In this document: one piece after another, positions 35,637-48,520 of the stretch
How positions within the stretch are numbered: position 1 is the first letter of the stretch
How the letters are laid out: every line of letters begins with the position of its first letter
NCBI RefSeq assembly: GCF_000315625.1
Contig: NW_005434649.1
Coordinates: forward strand, 562,968-626,967
Origin: Guillardia theta CCMP2712
Taxonomy: Eukaryota; Protista; Cryptophyta
Direction of reading: 5' to 3'
Length of the DNA stretch: 64,000 nucleotides
Position numbers and translations under genes: made by a program
The notes under the pieces: generated by a model
Seen by the model: the letters and a program-made list of their open reading frames with translations, nothing else
Database searches by the model: none
Told to the model about the DNA's origin: nothing

Positions 35637-38544
35637 TTAGCTTGCAGCTGCTGGCTGGCCTGTAGCATGCGATTCAGAGGGGGGCTGGAGGGCAAGAAAA
35701 GAGGGAGAGAGGACGACAGGATGGGAGGGAGAAAGGATGGGAAGCGGCGCTGGCAGAGGGAAAGAGGACGAGGGAGGAAGGAGGACTTACCCAGAGGAAT
35801 TCAGACGCTGCTCGCTCCCTGTCCTCCTCCTCCCCGAGCTTGTTTGCCACCATGGCTTTCAGATGGCAGCTCTGCATCACCTCCTGATACGCATCGAGTC
35901 GCCGGTAGCCGTCCACCGCCTTGCTCAGGTGTGTGCTGGCGAGTAGCAGGATCGCGCACGGATCCTGGAAGGGTCAAGTGTGAGAGGAAGAGGAGGAGAG
36001 GCCTGTCTGCTTGCCGTGATCGTTGAGCCCTCGGGGGAGGACGCGGAGGCTCCGTCTAGCAAGCAGCGGGCCACGAGGTGGTGGGCCTGTGCTCGCTCAA
36101 GGATGCTGCCGGAGGACATGACGAGGGGGAAGACGGACTGGACGAGGTTGAGGGCCTTGGTGGGAAGACCTCTGGCCGACAGGCGCGTCAGGACAAGTGA
36201 AGATCATGATGATCGCGGTCAACTCACTTGTACAGGTGGAGGGTGGCGAGGAGGACGATGGCGCTTGCCTGCTCGACATGGTCAGGAGGAGCAGGAGAAG
36301 TGAGCCAGTAGCGAGTCGAGCTGGAGAAGAAAGACAGGCCCGTGCTGATCAGGGAGGAAGAGGAGGAGGAGAGGAGGAGGAGAGGAGGGTATGATGACCT
36401 TGAGGCTGTCGAGGTTGAGCTGCTCGCACTTGGAGATGCACGCGAGGGCGACAGGGAAGGCTGCGTCATGAGCTCCCATCTTCTCCAGGGAGCAGGCAAG
36501 AGACAACTGAACCATGGCATCCTCTAGCTCCAGCTTCCTTGCCACACAGCTAGAGAAGGAGGAGGAGGAGGAGGAGGAGGTTAGCAAGAAAGAAGGATGG
36601 CAACAAAGCAGGTACCAATCATGTAGGCGGTTCAAGATCTGGACGGCACGAACAGGATCGTTGGTCCGGAGAAAGATCTCAGCTCTGGCCACATTCTCGT
36701 TAGCTATTCTCCTCCTCCTCCTCCTCCTCCTTCCTGTCCTCCAGCTCCCTCTTTCCTGTCCCCCGCACCCTCCCCCTCTCCTCGCATGCACCATTGGCTC
36801 TGGTCCTTCACCTGGCTCTCTCCGCCGCCACGAGCCCCGCCGACTCAGCAGCGGAGATGAGCATGGAACCCATCTGGAGGGCGATAACCTGCGCCCGGTG
36901 CAGCTGATTCCTGTACAAGGAGCGAGCGAACAGGAGGGTCCATGCCGACTGCAGCCAGAGGTGGAAGTGAGCGAGGGGGAAGCCCTCTTTGACCCCGCAG
37001 ATGTCCCGCAGCGCCCTCCTGGGATCCACGAAAGCTCCTTCATGGCATGCCGAGGAGCAGAAGGAGGTGCAGGCGTGATCGGCTGCTGGGCTGGAGGAGG
37101 AGAAGGCAAGCGGCTGCCGGCCGTGCGCGTGCGCAAGCTCGAAGTGACCGTAGCTGGACCAGATGCCGGACTCCAGCAGGGAGAGCGAGTTGGTGAGCTC
37201 GTCTGCGTCTGCGTCCGTCTCGAGGAGGAGGGTCTTGCAGGCCACCAGAGCGTCCCAGACGGACGTCGGGATGGTTCCAACTGCCCGCCCATGTCATCAG
37301 TCTTGGAGGAAGCCGGAGATGGGAAGGGGGGAGATCGGAGCGAGGAGCGAGGAGAGAGTAAGGGAAGGAGGGGAGGGCAAGGGGAGGGAGGGAAGACATG
37401 ACGAGGGGAGGGAGGAGTGGAGGAAGGTTACACTCTCACCTGCTCCAGCATCTGCTGAAGGCTTTCCGAGCGCGTTGTCCTTCCTGGTGGTGCTCTGCAG
37501 GCGATATTTGAGGAGGGCCAGAACGGCCTCACCCTGCAGCTTCGTCATGCGGAGCTGGCAGGCGCGGAGGATGCAGCGACGGATCAGCTGTCCTTCGAGC
37601 TGGCGCTCGCCAGCGACTCCAACGAGGCGGACGAGCCAGAGGAGCGCGTGAGCGAGGCAGTGATGGTCTGACGTGTGCTGGGCCAGCCTCACACACTCCT
37701 CCAGGGCCTGCAGGGCCATTGCCATGTTGCCGAAGCGGAAGTGGAGGGCCGCGAGGTTGAGGAGGGCCCAGTGGAAGACGGGCTTGTCGCGATGTTCCGC
37801 CTTGTCCGCCTTGAGCGCCTTGCCGTACATGCCGTAATCGAAGTAGCGGTGAAGGTGGTCAATGGCCGCAGTGATGTCTCCTTCCTGCATGGCGTAGAGG
37901 TACCGCAGGTAGGAGGCGCCGGGAGGGTCTCCTGCCTTGCTCAGCGCCTTCTCCAGCTCAGGGTCGATGTGCAGGCGCTGAGAAGATCGCTCGATGAGGC
38001 TGGCATGGCTGTGGATGAAGTGCGAGAGGTCCTGGGGGGTACTAAGCTTTTCCTCTCTCATCTTCTCCTGCGACTCCAGCGAGAAGTCCTCCAGGTACCT
38101 CTGCATCTTGGAGTACAGGTCCGACAACCCGTCGAACATGGTCGTGTGGAACGTCAGCAGGACTTTGCGCACGAAGATGCCGAGGGCTGAGCTCGAGTTG
38201 AGGTTTGGGGCCGAGTCTTCACAGGTCACATTGAGCTGGAGGACGAGCTCGAGAGACTGCAGCGTGTCGAAGAGAGCGTCCGGGGAGTCCACCTTCCTCA
38301 TGGACCGCACTAGCTGGTGGGCAAGAGCATGGCCCAGCGGCGGGTGGAGCTGAGACAGGGCAGAGCACAGCTGGCTGAGCGTCATTTCACGGAAGTCGTC
38401 GACCGGCCGGACATGCTCAAGGAGGAAGAGGGAGAGGACGGGCCGCGCGTTGGGGGGGATGTTCTCCGGTGTGCAGAGATCCTGGATCAGTACTGACAGC
38501 GCGACCTTGTGCGGGCTGAGGGCGAAGTGAACCTTGCTGTTCAT
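35637..38544 (-). CDS. ANAPC5: Anaphase-promoting complex subunit 5
   Basis: LSPHKVALSVLI, SSALGIFVRK, AIDHLHRYFDY, ALLNLAALHFRFG, ECVRLAQ...CLAHALLWL. Confidence 0.92.
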
Positions 38545-39235
38545 GGTGAAGAGAGGGAGTAAAGCCGTCTCTTGTTGCGATGTTCCTGATCCTTCTTGTT
38601 CAAGTCATCGATGGCGCTCGGGGGTCCTGCAAGTCCGTGGTCAACATGGGATTATGGGACAACTGGGGAACAAGAATACAGCGGAGAGCGGGGATCAGGA
38701 CAAGAGGCAGAGAACGTGCGGGCAGTGATGAACAGATAGCATGAAGAGGAGGAAGTTGACGATGAGGTGCTGGAAGAGGAAAGGTCGGGGCGGAGGGAAG
38801 GAGGGAAGGGGGGAGGTGGTACGAGCTTCGTTTGTTTGTATAGATGTAGCTCGAGGCGAAACACTACCATCTGAAGATGACAATCAAGGATCGGAAGGAG
38901 GGTAGTACAAGTTGACATGTGGATATGGGCGAGGAGGGAGGGAGAGAGAGAGAAAAGCAAGGAGGGAGGGAGGTCGGCAGGGAGGCAGGGAGGGAGGGAG
39001 GGAGGGAGGGAGGCAGGCATGGAGGGAGGGAGGCAGGCAGGGAGGCAGGGAGGGAGGGGAAAGTATTCAAGACAGCATTGCGGGTTGACTGCATCACAAC
39101 AGGATCCCAGTTATTCTTTACCAACATTGGGCTATTTTAACTAAATTCTCTTTAATTTAGACGAAAAGCTCTATGTTTTGAAGTTTTCTTGTTATTTCAA
39201 ATAACCGTTACTTTTCTCGTTATGACAATGCAGAG

Positions 39236-39430
39236 CAGAGCAGGGCAGGGCAGGGCAGGGCAGGGCAGGGGAGAGGAGGGCAGGGCAGGGCAGGGCAGGG
39301 CAGGGCAGGGCAGGGCAGGGCAGGGCAGGGCAGGGCAGGGCAGGGCAGGGCAGGGCAGGGCAGGGCAGGGCAGGCAGGGCAGGGCAGGGCAGGGCAGGGC
39401 AGGGCAGGGCAGGGCAGGGCAGGGCAGGGC
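39236..39430. repeat. (GGGCA)n pentamer microsatellite
   Basis: Seen directly. Confidence 0.95.
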
Positions 39431-40266
39431 AACATTCTGGCATGGAGAGCACAACAGGAGTGCCAGACCGAGTTCAGGTCAAGGCAGAGTTGACTCACAG
39501 AGCACAAGACTTGACTTGCAGCCTTCGCATATGTGAGGTGTGTTGAGAGGGATGGAGAGGTTGTCGCAGTTGTATGTTGCATCATTACAGAATGTACGAG
39601 AAATCCCAAATTTATCGTTGAATCGAAACTGCGTTCAAGTGATTCTAGAAAAACTTAGTTGCAGAGATATCCACAATGAAGTGTTTGTATAAAAAGGGGG
39701 TGGATGGATTTTGATATGATCATGATTGCGTTCTATGGTTCCAATTCCTGGAAATAACAAAAAATGCAAAAAGTCAAGATGCTCTGTTGACGAAATGATA
39801 ACTCAGATAGTTAACAGAGCTGTAGGCAGATCTCGAAATAAAAACCACATTACTCTGCCAGCACAGCATCGTTTCAGGAGGACTGTCTTCTTGCACCAGT
39901 ACCGAGTGCTCCCGAATAGGACATCAATATTAGTTGGCCGTAATAGTGGTTTTTTCAGCTTCATATGGCGCATAGTGCGAGGTGATGAACGTGCAAGGTG
40001 AACAAGCTTGAGTGTTGTGTGCTTCATTCAAGACTTCGCAATCATCCTGGGAGCAAACACTTATGAGATTTACGTCAGGCTCATGCCATTCACTTTCCCC
40101 TATAACCTTCTAGTTCAACAAGCAATATACCAACTATGGCCTGATCCACAGATCGTATCTAATGGACTCCAAACCTCGCCAGGTCTTCATCCGTAGGAGA
40201 TTCGGTTGCATATCATATTGTTACGAGGGATCACGATGCCTCCATATGGGCTGGCAACCATGATCT

Positions 40267-41698
40267 TTAGATGAGATCAGCCACGTTCATGGGCATCTCC
40301 TCAATCTGAGTGTTGTAAAATTGTTCGATGTCACGCATGTTGCGAACGTCATCCCCAGTCACAAAGTTGATGGCCACACCCTTACGACCGAAACGTCCAG
40401 AGCGACCAATCCTGTGGATGTAGTTCTCGCGGTTCGATGGCAGATCATAGTTGATAACCAAGGAAACCTGCTGCACGTCGATACCACGAGCAAGCAAGTC
40501 GGTGGTGATAAGCACACGGCTGGAACCGGAACGGAACTCCCTCATGATGAGCTCACGGCCCTTCTGGTCCATATCACCGTGCAATGCAGACACAGTAAAG
40601 TCACGGCTGGTCATCTTCTCGAGCAACCAGTCAACCTTGCGCCTGGTGTTCACGTAGATGATGGCTTGGGTGATGGTGAGAGTTTCGTAAAGATCGCAGA
40701 GAGTGTCCAGCTTCCAGTCCTCACGATCGATTGCGATGTAGAACTGCTTGATACCCTCAAGAGTAAGCTCATCCTTCTTCACGAGAATCCTGACTGGGTC
40801 CCTCATGAAGTGACGGGTGATCTCCAAAACCTCGATGGGCATGGTGGCAGAGAAGAGGCCAACTTGCACCTTGGAGGGGAGGAACTTGAAGACATCGTAG
40901 ATCTGATCCTTGAAACTGCCCACCGGTTAGCGTCATGCTCGTACACAAGGGATCTTCCTTACCCACGAGAAAGCATCTCATCGGCCTCATCAAGAACGAA
41001 GATCTTCATGCCATCAGTACGGAGAGCACGTCTGTTGATCATGTCGTGCACACGTCCTGGAGTTCCAACGACGACCTGCTGACCAGCTTCGACCTTGCGG
41101 ATATCGTCTCGCACATTGGTTCCTCCAATGCAAGCATGGCAAGTGATCCCCATGTAATCTCCGAGGGCGAGAACAACCTTCTGGATCTGCTGAGCAAGCT
41201 CACGCGTGGGTGCAAGAAGCAGAGCCTGGCAGTCCTTCTCGTTGAGGTCAATGCGCTGCCTGAAAGAGCAAAAGAAAGTGACCAACGGATAAATGCTATG
41301 CAGGCATCGACTTACAAGCACCCAATGGAGAAAGCAGCGGTCTTGCCAGTACCGGACTGAGCCTGGGCAATGGTGTCCCTGCCCTTGATGAGAGGCATGG
41401 TTCCTCTTTGCCTACATGCGTATGTAAGATGAGATCAGGATCAGCATTTAGGGCACGCACTGGATAGCAGATGGCTTCTCGAAACCATAGGCGAAGATAC
41501 CACGAAGAAGGTTCTCATCGAGACCCATGTCATCGAAGGTTTCGCAGACCTAAGCACAGCATCAGCACACATAATCATATCACTTCCACCAGTAGGCGCA
41601 ACACGTACATGGTCCCAGTTGGACTCGATATCCGCGTCAGTGAGAGTTGTGTCGAGGCCGGGACCACGGTCACCTCCGGGAGCACCGTCGTCAGCCAT
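40267..41698 (-). CDS. eIF4A: Translation initiation factor eIF4A (DEAD-box helicase)
   Basis: [40 protein letters not shown] and [13 protein letters not shown] motifs; C-terminus [11 protein letters not shown]. Confidence 0.97.
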
Positions 41699-44169
41699 TG
41701 CCTCTGTCTTGCTTGTTTTCAACTAAGCCTTTCCAATGCGTGCCCTTCAGAAACTGAAGGGTAAACTGAGAAGAAAGTCAGCAATCAAGTAACACGTGAG
41801 AGGAGGGAAGGTGGCAGTGAGAACATTCAACAGCATCGGGGCATGATCATTTGGGGTGCAGCTTTGAAAACTGTGCTAGCTGAGGTGACAGAGAATATCC
41901 AGAAAGAACGGGAAGTACAAAATATTCAATTAAAACAAGAACAGTAGAGAAGGAAGGATATCAGCAATCATTGACATTGGTGACGTAAGCAGGGTCAGAC
42001 TGAAGCAAAATGATATAAATAACTTGCAGAAAGATAAACAAAATAAGGATCTTTTGATAGTCAGCATAGCATCAAGTTTTTCACAACAAGCACATGAAAG
42101 CCGGGGATGCATGACACCGAGCAACAAGGCTGCGCAGGCTCTTTTTTTGCTACAGGGGACTCAGATTGTTTGTGCACTATAACACGAAATCCATCACGAG
42201 CATGGTATGAGATGGTCCACTCTAAAGAATGACTCAAAACCAAAACCATCAATATCTGTGAAACATGCTAACATCCTCTTGGTTCAATACTTGCATCTTG
42301 CACGAGAAGGCTCTACCTCGACCAAAAATGCACAGGGGAAAGAAAATACAGTTCAACCAATGTGAGAGGGAAGAAGAAGGTAGAAAAGAGTTGAAGATTG
42401 AGGATAGAAACAAGATGCGAGCACAACAAGGAACAGGAGGGGGGGGGGGGAGGACGTGGGCAACAAGGAGCGTTGGGGGGAGGACGGACATGCGGCGGAG
42501 GAGGCGTGTCTACGCGGGCGCCACGTGAGGTGAAAGAAAAACTTCTTCTTCCGGTAGGGGCACTCAGTTATTCACAATTTTCGATAGATTGGATCAAATT
42601 TTTGAGATAATTTCTATGAAAATTGAAATATGAGTCGGGTTTAAGATGACGATTGTTACACAAATTTAGGTATGCTCATTGAATTACCTAGGGCTGGACC
42701 CCTCACCCCTCACCCCCACCCCTCCTTGAAAAAAAAATAATTCAGTCAACCAACACAACTTTTTGAAGAAATGGATTAAATTATTCATTTAATTTTCAAA
42801 ATAAAAATGGAGCAGTTCAAAGAGAAATGCCACCCCACACGACGGGCTCGCCCCAATCCCAATACTATTCGAAACTGGTCTCGTCATAATTCAATTTGCA
42901 TAGAATAATTTCATGGGTAACTTCAATTATTCTCTCTACCTTCCCTGAACTGAGTTAAAAGCTGACATCGAATTCTATTATTTAATTTGAAAAGTTTACA
43001 ATAAATCTTCAAATTAATTTGCCGTTCATATAAACGACTGCGACCTATTTACAATCACATCTAATTTTCAACTTCTCCTCACAATCTTGAAATGTGAGAT
43101 ACAAATCTTGAAAAATCATGAGGCAGATCTGTTTGACAAAAAAATTCCAAAAATAGATCCCAAGGGTAGGGGTGTGGCATATGGTTCCTACATGTCTCTA
43201 TCAAATATAAAACATATATTTTATTTTCTACTGAGTTATAATTACTCAAACATTATTGCTACCAAATGGAACAATAGGAACAGTTGCCACTACCATTGGT
43301 GGTCGGAAGGAGTATGGACGTGGGAGGAGTGTTTATGGAGGGTGGGGGTAGTAAAATAACCGGTATTATCATGAGAAAAAAGGGTGGATAAGGGAAGGTG
43401 GGTGATTATTTTACTGCTGTGGAGGGGGGGTGAAAGGGGTAGTACCTCAGTTACAGAAAATTCCCGAAAACTCCTTGCCGTGGAATCTATGAACGCATGT
43501 AGTGACAAGGACGCCAAGGAAGGGAAAGGAGAGAGGAGAGGAGAGGAGAGGAGGGATGAAAGAGGAGGAGAGAGGACGATAGATCAAGAAAGAAGCATGC
43601 CAGTTGACGAAGATGCAAGCTCAAACAATGTAGGATGTTATCATTCAGTAGAAAAGTTCGCCATGCTCGCTTCAGGTTTCCGGTGCACACGAGCACTCTT
43701 CCCCATGTTGCGACCTTCCCCTTCCATCCCTCACCTAGCGACCCTTTCCCTTCCCCTGCACTCACTCTTTCTGCACTTCGCTCCCACCATGTACCCTGCC
43801 CACTCGGCATCCTGTTGGACAACAAGCCCCCCGGTGCATGAAAGCTCGGTGTCGGACGATAGCAAGTGCGGTAAAGCCAGAGGCTGGTTTTGATTGACAA
43901 GGCGGTAGTGTCAGGAAGTGATCACAACGCTATTCCAGACTGCTAGTATCGCGTGAAAACAACTGAAATCTTTAGGCAGGATCTCGACGGACTACTGGAA
44001 GGCAAGAAAGCAAACTGAAAGATATTTTATTAGTTCCGTGGTACTGTGAACGAAATTCATGATCAGTGCGTTTGCTCTATGAACTAGAACCGCTGCAGTG
44101 AAGGGAGCATCGTCCTAATCTTTATCGAGGGATCGGCAGCCGACAGAGCATCCTTAGCATCCGAGGGCC

Positions 44170-45963
44170 ATGGCTTTTGGCAAGTTGTCAGGGAAGGGGC
44201 ATTCAGAGTGGAACTACCGGCCTGTCATCCTCTCCATCCTGCTGGTGCTGATCTCGTTAGACCTGGCGTTGTCTCAAACGGTCTTCATCCACTGGGACGA
44301 GGTGTCTCGCGGCAACTATGAGCCAAGGTTGGAAGGGTTTGGTGAACCTCCCCAGCGGAAAAGGGAAGCAGCAGCTGCTTCTCACGCCCCGTCCCAGCAG
44401 GAAGTGCCGTCGTCCTCTCCCGTAGAGTACGTGACCAGTGATGTGGACGAGGACGTGAGCCCGTCGCTACAGGAGAAGAACTTCATCGATACCTGCAGCG
44501 CATCCAGACTGCGGGAAGTGGTGAAGCAGCTCAACATTCGCTGCCTGGCATGCAGCGACAAGTCGCACTTCAAGGACGCGATCACTGAGTTTGTGTCCTC
44601 CCTGTCGATCCGGAGCCTCAAGAACATGCTGGCGGAGAGGGGGAGGATGTGTATCAGGTGCAAGACCAGGGCGGACCTGCTCTCCTCTGTGTTGCAGGTG
44701 GTCCACCTTCCCGCGGCCAACGTCACGTTCCCCGTCATCGTCTCATTCGTGACTGTGCTCTTCCCCCGCGGGATCGCAGAGTTTGTCACGCAGGATGTCA
44801 AGGTCATCAGGCTACTCCGAGACCTCCAGTCCTCCAACAAGAAGTTCGCCGTCTCTTCCGGAACCAGGGTGGCGACGGTCGCCAAAGTGTTGAGCATACA
44901 GGACTTGTCAGAGGGGACGGTGAAGGCTAAGCTGAAGGGGGGGCAGAGGATAAAGATTAACCAGACGTGGACTGATGTGAAGAGTGACTTCACTTACATC
45001 AACGGGACGCTGTTCAGCGATGAGGCGATCAAGTCGACGAGGACGGACGAGATGAAGGAGCTCCACAAGCAGACGAGGAGAATTTTCTTCTCCCTCGATC
45101 ACGATGCTGCAGCTGACGCTCGTTCCTCGTCCATCGGGAACCCTCCGGCCGAGGCCGAGGGGCCGGAAGCCTTCCTCAACTGGCTGTGCATGGCACTGGC
45201 ATACAACGTGTTCTGGAGGAGTCAGACGAATCCTTTCACTATGGTGACCCGACAGGCCCTCCTGCAGTCCACCGACACCGTTGCCAAGATGACGACTGTG
45301 CGCGATATCCTCATTCGCCATAGCGAGAGTGCGTTATCCTCCTCCTCCTCCCCCTTCCCCTCTACCGTGTTCTTCCTACCCCTTTCTTCACCCCCCAGGG
45401 TCTCCTCCCCGAGTCTTCTCAACGCCCCTCCTAATAGTTCTGCAGGGCTACACACCCACGGCGAGGCTGCAGCTCACCAGGCGACCAGCGAGAAGAAACG
45501 TGAGGAGGGAAAAAGAAGTTCTGCTCCTCCCCACGCGCAGCAGAATCAGGACGGACCCAAGATGCCGAGACGTGTGGAGGAGCTGCTGACCGCGCTGGAG
45601 AAGCGAGGGCTTCCGTTGCGGGGCAGGAAGGACTCCAAGAGCTCTCTAGTGGAAGCGTTGAGGCAAGAGATGCGCGCAAGGGGCTTCGAGCTGAATGGAG
45701 GAGGAAGAGGAGGAGGAGGAGGAATCGAGAATCTGGAGGCTCTCTTGGAGGAAGCTCTGCGTACCATGGACATTGCACAAAGATTGAAACGTCAAGAGAT
45801 CAAGAAAGGAAGGAAGCACAGCGGGTTCAAGGCAGATCCAAGACATCGGATGGAAGAGGAGGACGAAGAGGAGGAGGATGGCAATCCTCTTCCTAGAGTG
45901 CAGGAGAAGAGGGAGAAGGCAGCAGTAGGGAGGCAGTTTGAGCCTCGGAAGAAGACCATATAA
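44170..45963 (+). CDS. Signal-anchor protein with two ARMET_C(MANF)-like SAP-CxxC modules, a Lon-N substrate-binding-like domain and a SAP-like motif
   Basis: LREVVKQLNIRCLACSDKSHF and LSIRSLKNMLAERGRMCIRCKTRADLL; VLFPRG...GGQRIKI...RQALLQSTDT; VEELLTALEKRGLPLRG..KSSLVEAL. Confidence 0.65.
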   Translation: MAFGKLSGKGHSEWNYRPVILSILLVLISLDLALSQTVFIHWDEVSRGNYEPRLEGFGEPPQRKREAAAASHAPSQQEVPSSSPVEYVTSDVDEDVSPSLQEKNFIDTCSASRLREVVKQLNIRCLACSDKSHFKDAITEFVSSLSIRSLKNMLAERGRMCIRCKTRADLLSSVLQVVHLPAANVTFPVIVSFVTVLFPRGIAEFVTQDVKVIRLLRDLQSSNKKFAVSSGTRVATVAKVLSIQDLSEGTVKAKLKGGQRIKINQTWTDVKSDFTYINGTLFSDEAIKSTRTDEMKELHKQTRRIFFSLDHDAAADARSSSIGNPPAEAEGPEAFLNWLCMALAYNVFWRSQTNPFTMVTRQALLQSTDTVAKMTTVRDILIRHSESALSSSSSPFPSTVFFLPLSSPPRVSSPSLLNAPPNSSAGLHTHGEAAAHQATSEKKREEGKRSSAPPHAQQNQDGPKMPRRVEELLTALEKRGLPLRGRKDSKSSLVEALRQEMRARGFELNGGGRGGGGGIENLEALLEEALRTMDIAQRLKRQEIKKGRKHSGFKADPRHRMEEEDEEEEDGNPLPRVQEKREKAAVGRQFEPRKKTI

Positions 45964-45981
45964 ACCTTGCCCTCCCTTCCT

Positions 45982-46954
45982 TCAGATGATACGAAACACG
46001 CTACGAGGAACGTCCTCGAGGTCTTTCTCGCCCTCGTCCCACTCCTCCTCCATCTTTCCCTCCTTGGGCTTCTCGTGCAGCTTCCTCCTCCTTCGGATGA
46101 AGGCTCGGTAGAGGGTCCGACCGGATCCGCTGATGACGCTGACGTCCATCCTGTCTGGCCCGATCCTGTGCGCCATGAAGCCGTTCTCAATCGTTCCGAA
46201 GAGGCTCTCAGCCAGTGGCGTGTACTCCCCCTGGAGGGCCCCGGCCCCGGACACGAAGTAGTCGATCCCGTCGGACCTCAGGTGCTGCAGCGTGTGGTCA
46301 TGGCCGCATAGGTACGCATCCACCTTGTATCGTTCCAGCAGAGGCTTCACCACCTCCTGCAGCTCGGGAGTGTTCCCATGCTCTCCGCCAGAGAAGATGG
46401 GGTAGTGACCGGCCACCACGATCCAGTCCGCCTTACTGCTGTTGAGCGTGTGCTCGAGCCACTGCAGCTGGAGCTTCGCCATCACTCGCCGCTGCTCCGC
46501 CCAGCTCTCCCACTTCTTGAGGTCGTCGTTGGAGAGCTGACCCAGGCTCGCCTTCTCCCGCGCGATGTCGGCGGAGGAGCCCTCGGCGATGATGACGGTG
46601 TCGAGGAATACGAAGAGCGCGCTGAACGACCTCTGGGAGGAGGAGAGGAGCTTGCTGTACCAGTACCTCGGCAGGATCCACCTGCTCGGGCAGTGCTTGA
46701 AGACCTTGCAATCTCTGTCTTCTCTTGCAAAGTCAATCTGCGCCTCAGGGTTCCCGTAGTGGTCATGGTTGCCCAGGATGGCATACCAGGGCGTCCGCAG
46801 ACTTTCCTGCTGGAACCGATCCTCCCACACGGACTTCCAGAGAGGATCGTCAACCGACTGCACTCCCCGCCAGTAGAAGTTGTCCCCCAGCGCTAACACG
46901 AACTTGCTCGCGATGTTCTAGGATACCATCTGTCAGAAGTAGAGTAGGAGCAGG

Positions 46955-47005
<51 letters not shown>

Positions 47006-47180
47006 GGATACCAGCAAGAAGTATAAGAGAGGGACGAGAGGGATCTTGTAGTGCAGAAGGAAAGGAAATTCAATCACCTTTGCCGTTGTTGCCATGGCCT
47101 CAGAGACTTTGAGCTGGTGCTCGCTGCCATGATGGAACCCCTGCCCTCCACATTAGTGCAAAACGGTGCCGTCTTCCTCG

Positions 47181-47252
<72 letters not shown>

Positions 47253-47844
47253 ACTTTCTCCACTCATTCGCGCCCTCCGTACCTGCGGCGCAGCCTTTGG
47301 AACATTGCAGTTGTCAGGTCCACAACCCCAGTCACCGATGGTGACCTGTACCATGCCTCAGGACTCCTCTCAGCTTCCCCCCTCCCCGCCTCCACCCCCC
47401 CGGCTTTCTCCCCTCCTCCTCACCAACCTCCCTATCCCTCCTCCTCCTCCTCCTCAGACTCACGAAGGAGATGTCATCAGGGGCCGATCGGATGTACACA
47501 TACGCAAGCAGAGCACCCACAGCGATCGCCACGATCCCACCCAGCAGCGCACACATGAACCTGCGGAATCTCTTGGCCATACGGACGGCTACGAGGAGTC
47601 AGCGCATCAGCTACCCAGCTTCTCCCCACCTGTGCTCGGGATGTTGTCCTCTGGATCCTCCTCGCCCTCAGCCTTGCGCATGACGTTGTCATACTCGTCC
47701 TCGTCGTCGACTGCTCCATAGTTCTTCCCGTAGTTGGCAGGCCTCCCTGATCTGAACCAGCGTCACCACGCGCCCGGCAGTCAGCAACGAGCTACTTTCT
47801 CAGCCACGAGCGCAGCCGCTTGTCCGCCGCTTCAACCTCGGACA
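45982..47844 (-). CDS. Membrane-anchored purple (tartrate-resistant) acid phosphatase; 5' end uncertain
   Basis: GDWG, GDNFY, GNHD, GHYP and GHDH metallophosphoesterase motifs; N-terminal TM FMCALLGGIVAIAVGALLAYVYI. Confidence 0.9.
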
Positions 47845-47921
47845 TGGCAGGCGAGGCTCAAAGAAAGCCTGCGAGCTGATAGAGTTACCATAAGCCACAG
47901 ACAGGTCTGCGTCTGCTCTAT

Positions 47922-47953
<32 letters not shown>

Positions 47954-48520
47954 AGAGGAGGAGGAGGCAGTGGCGGAGGGAAGGGAGGAGGACCAGGAGG
48001 GCTGTAGAGGTTGAGGCGGAGCATTTCGTCCAGGATTCGATGGGAACAAGGAAGGCAAGAACCAGCAAGCATTACATGACAATCAAGACATGAGAGAGAT
48101 AACGTTGCAGAAAGGTCTGCAAGGAAGGAGAAGTGGAAGTACGGGATGAGGAGACCCTGATAATCGGAGGGAGTCGCCGCCGCCACCACCACATCATCAT
48201 CATCATGGTCATCATCATCATCATCATGCTCCTCCTCCTCCTCCTCCTCCTCCTCCTTCTCATGCTACTGCTGCTGGTGCATGCCCCCCCGACCCTTCGC
48301 CTCCCATGCTCTCCTTCAAGTTTCCTCCCCGCTCATCGTCATCATCTTTGTCCTGTTCGTCGTAGGTTTCTCTGAGGCGAGCTTGATATGCGGAGGACGG
48401 AACATGCACAGGCATGATGCACAGGGCGCAAAAGACGGGGAGGGAGCAGGGAGCCAGCGAGAGGAAGAAGGAAGAGGAACGAGGACGGAGACGACAGGCA
48501 AAGTAGATCGAGGCCGTAAG

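Noticed and set aside
39189-39609. PCPAL/GQGRA repeat proteins
   Set aside because: These are translations of a (GGGCA)n microsatellite.
43384-43900. Overlapping ORFs upstream of the 44170 gene
   Set aside because: No recognisable motif or consistent exon structure, so a gene cannot be supported.
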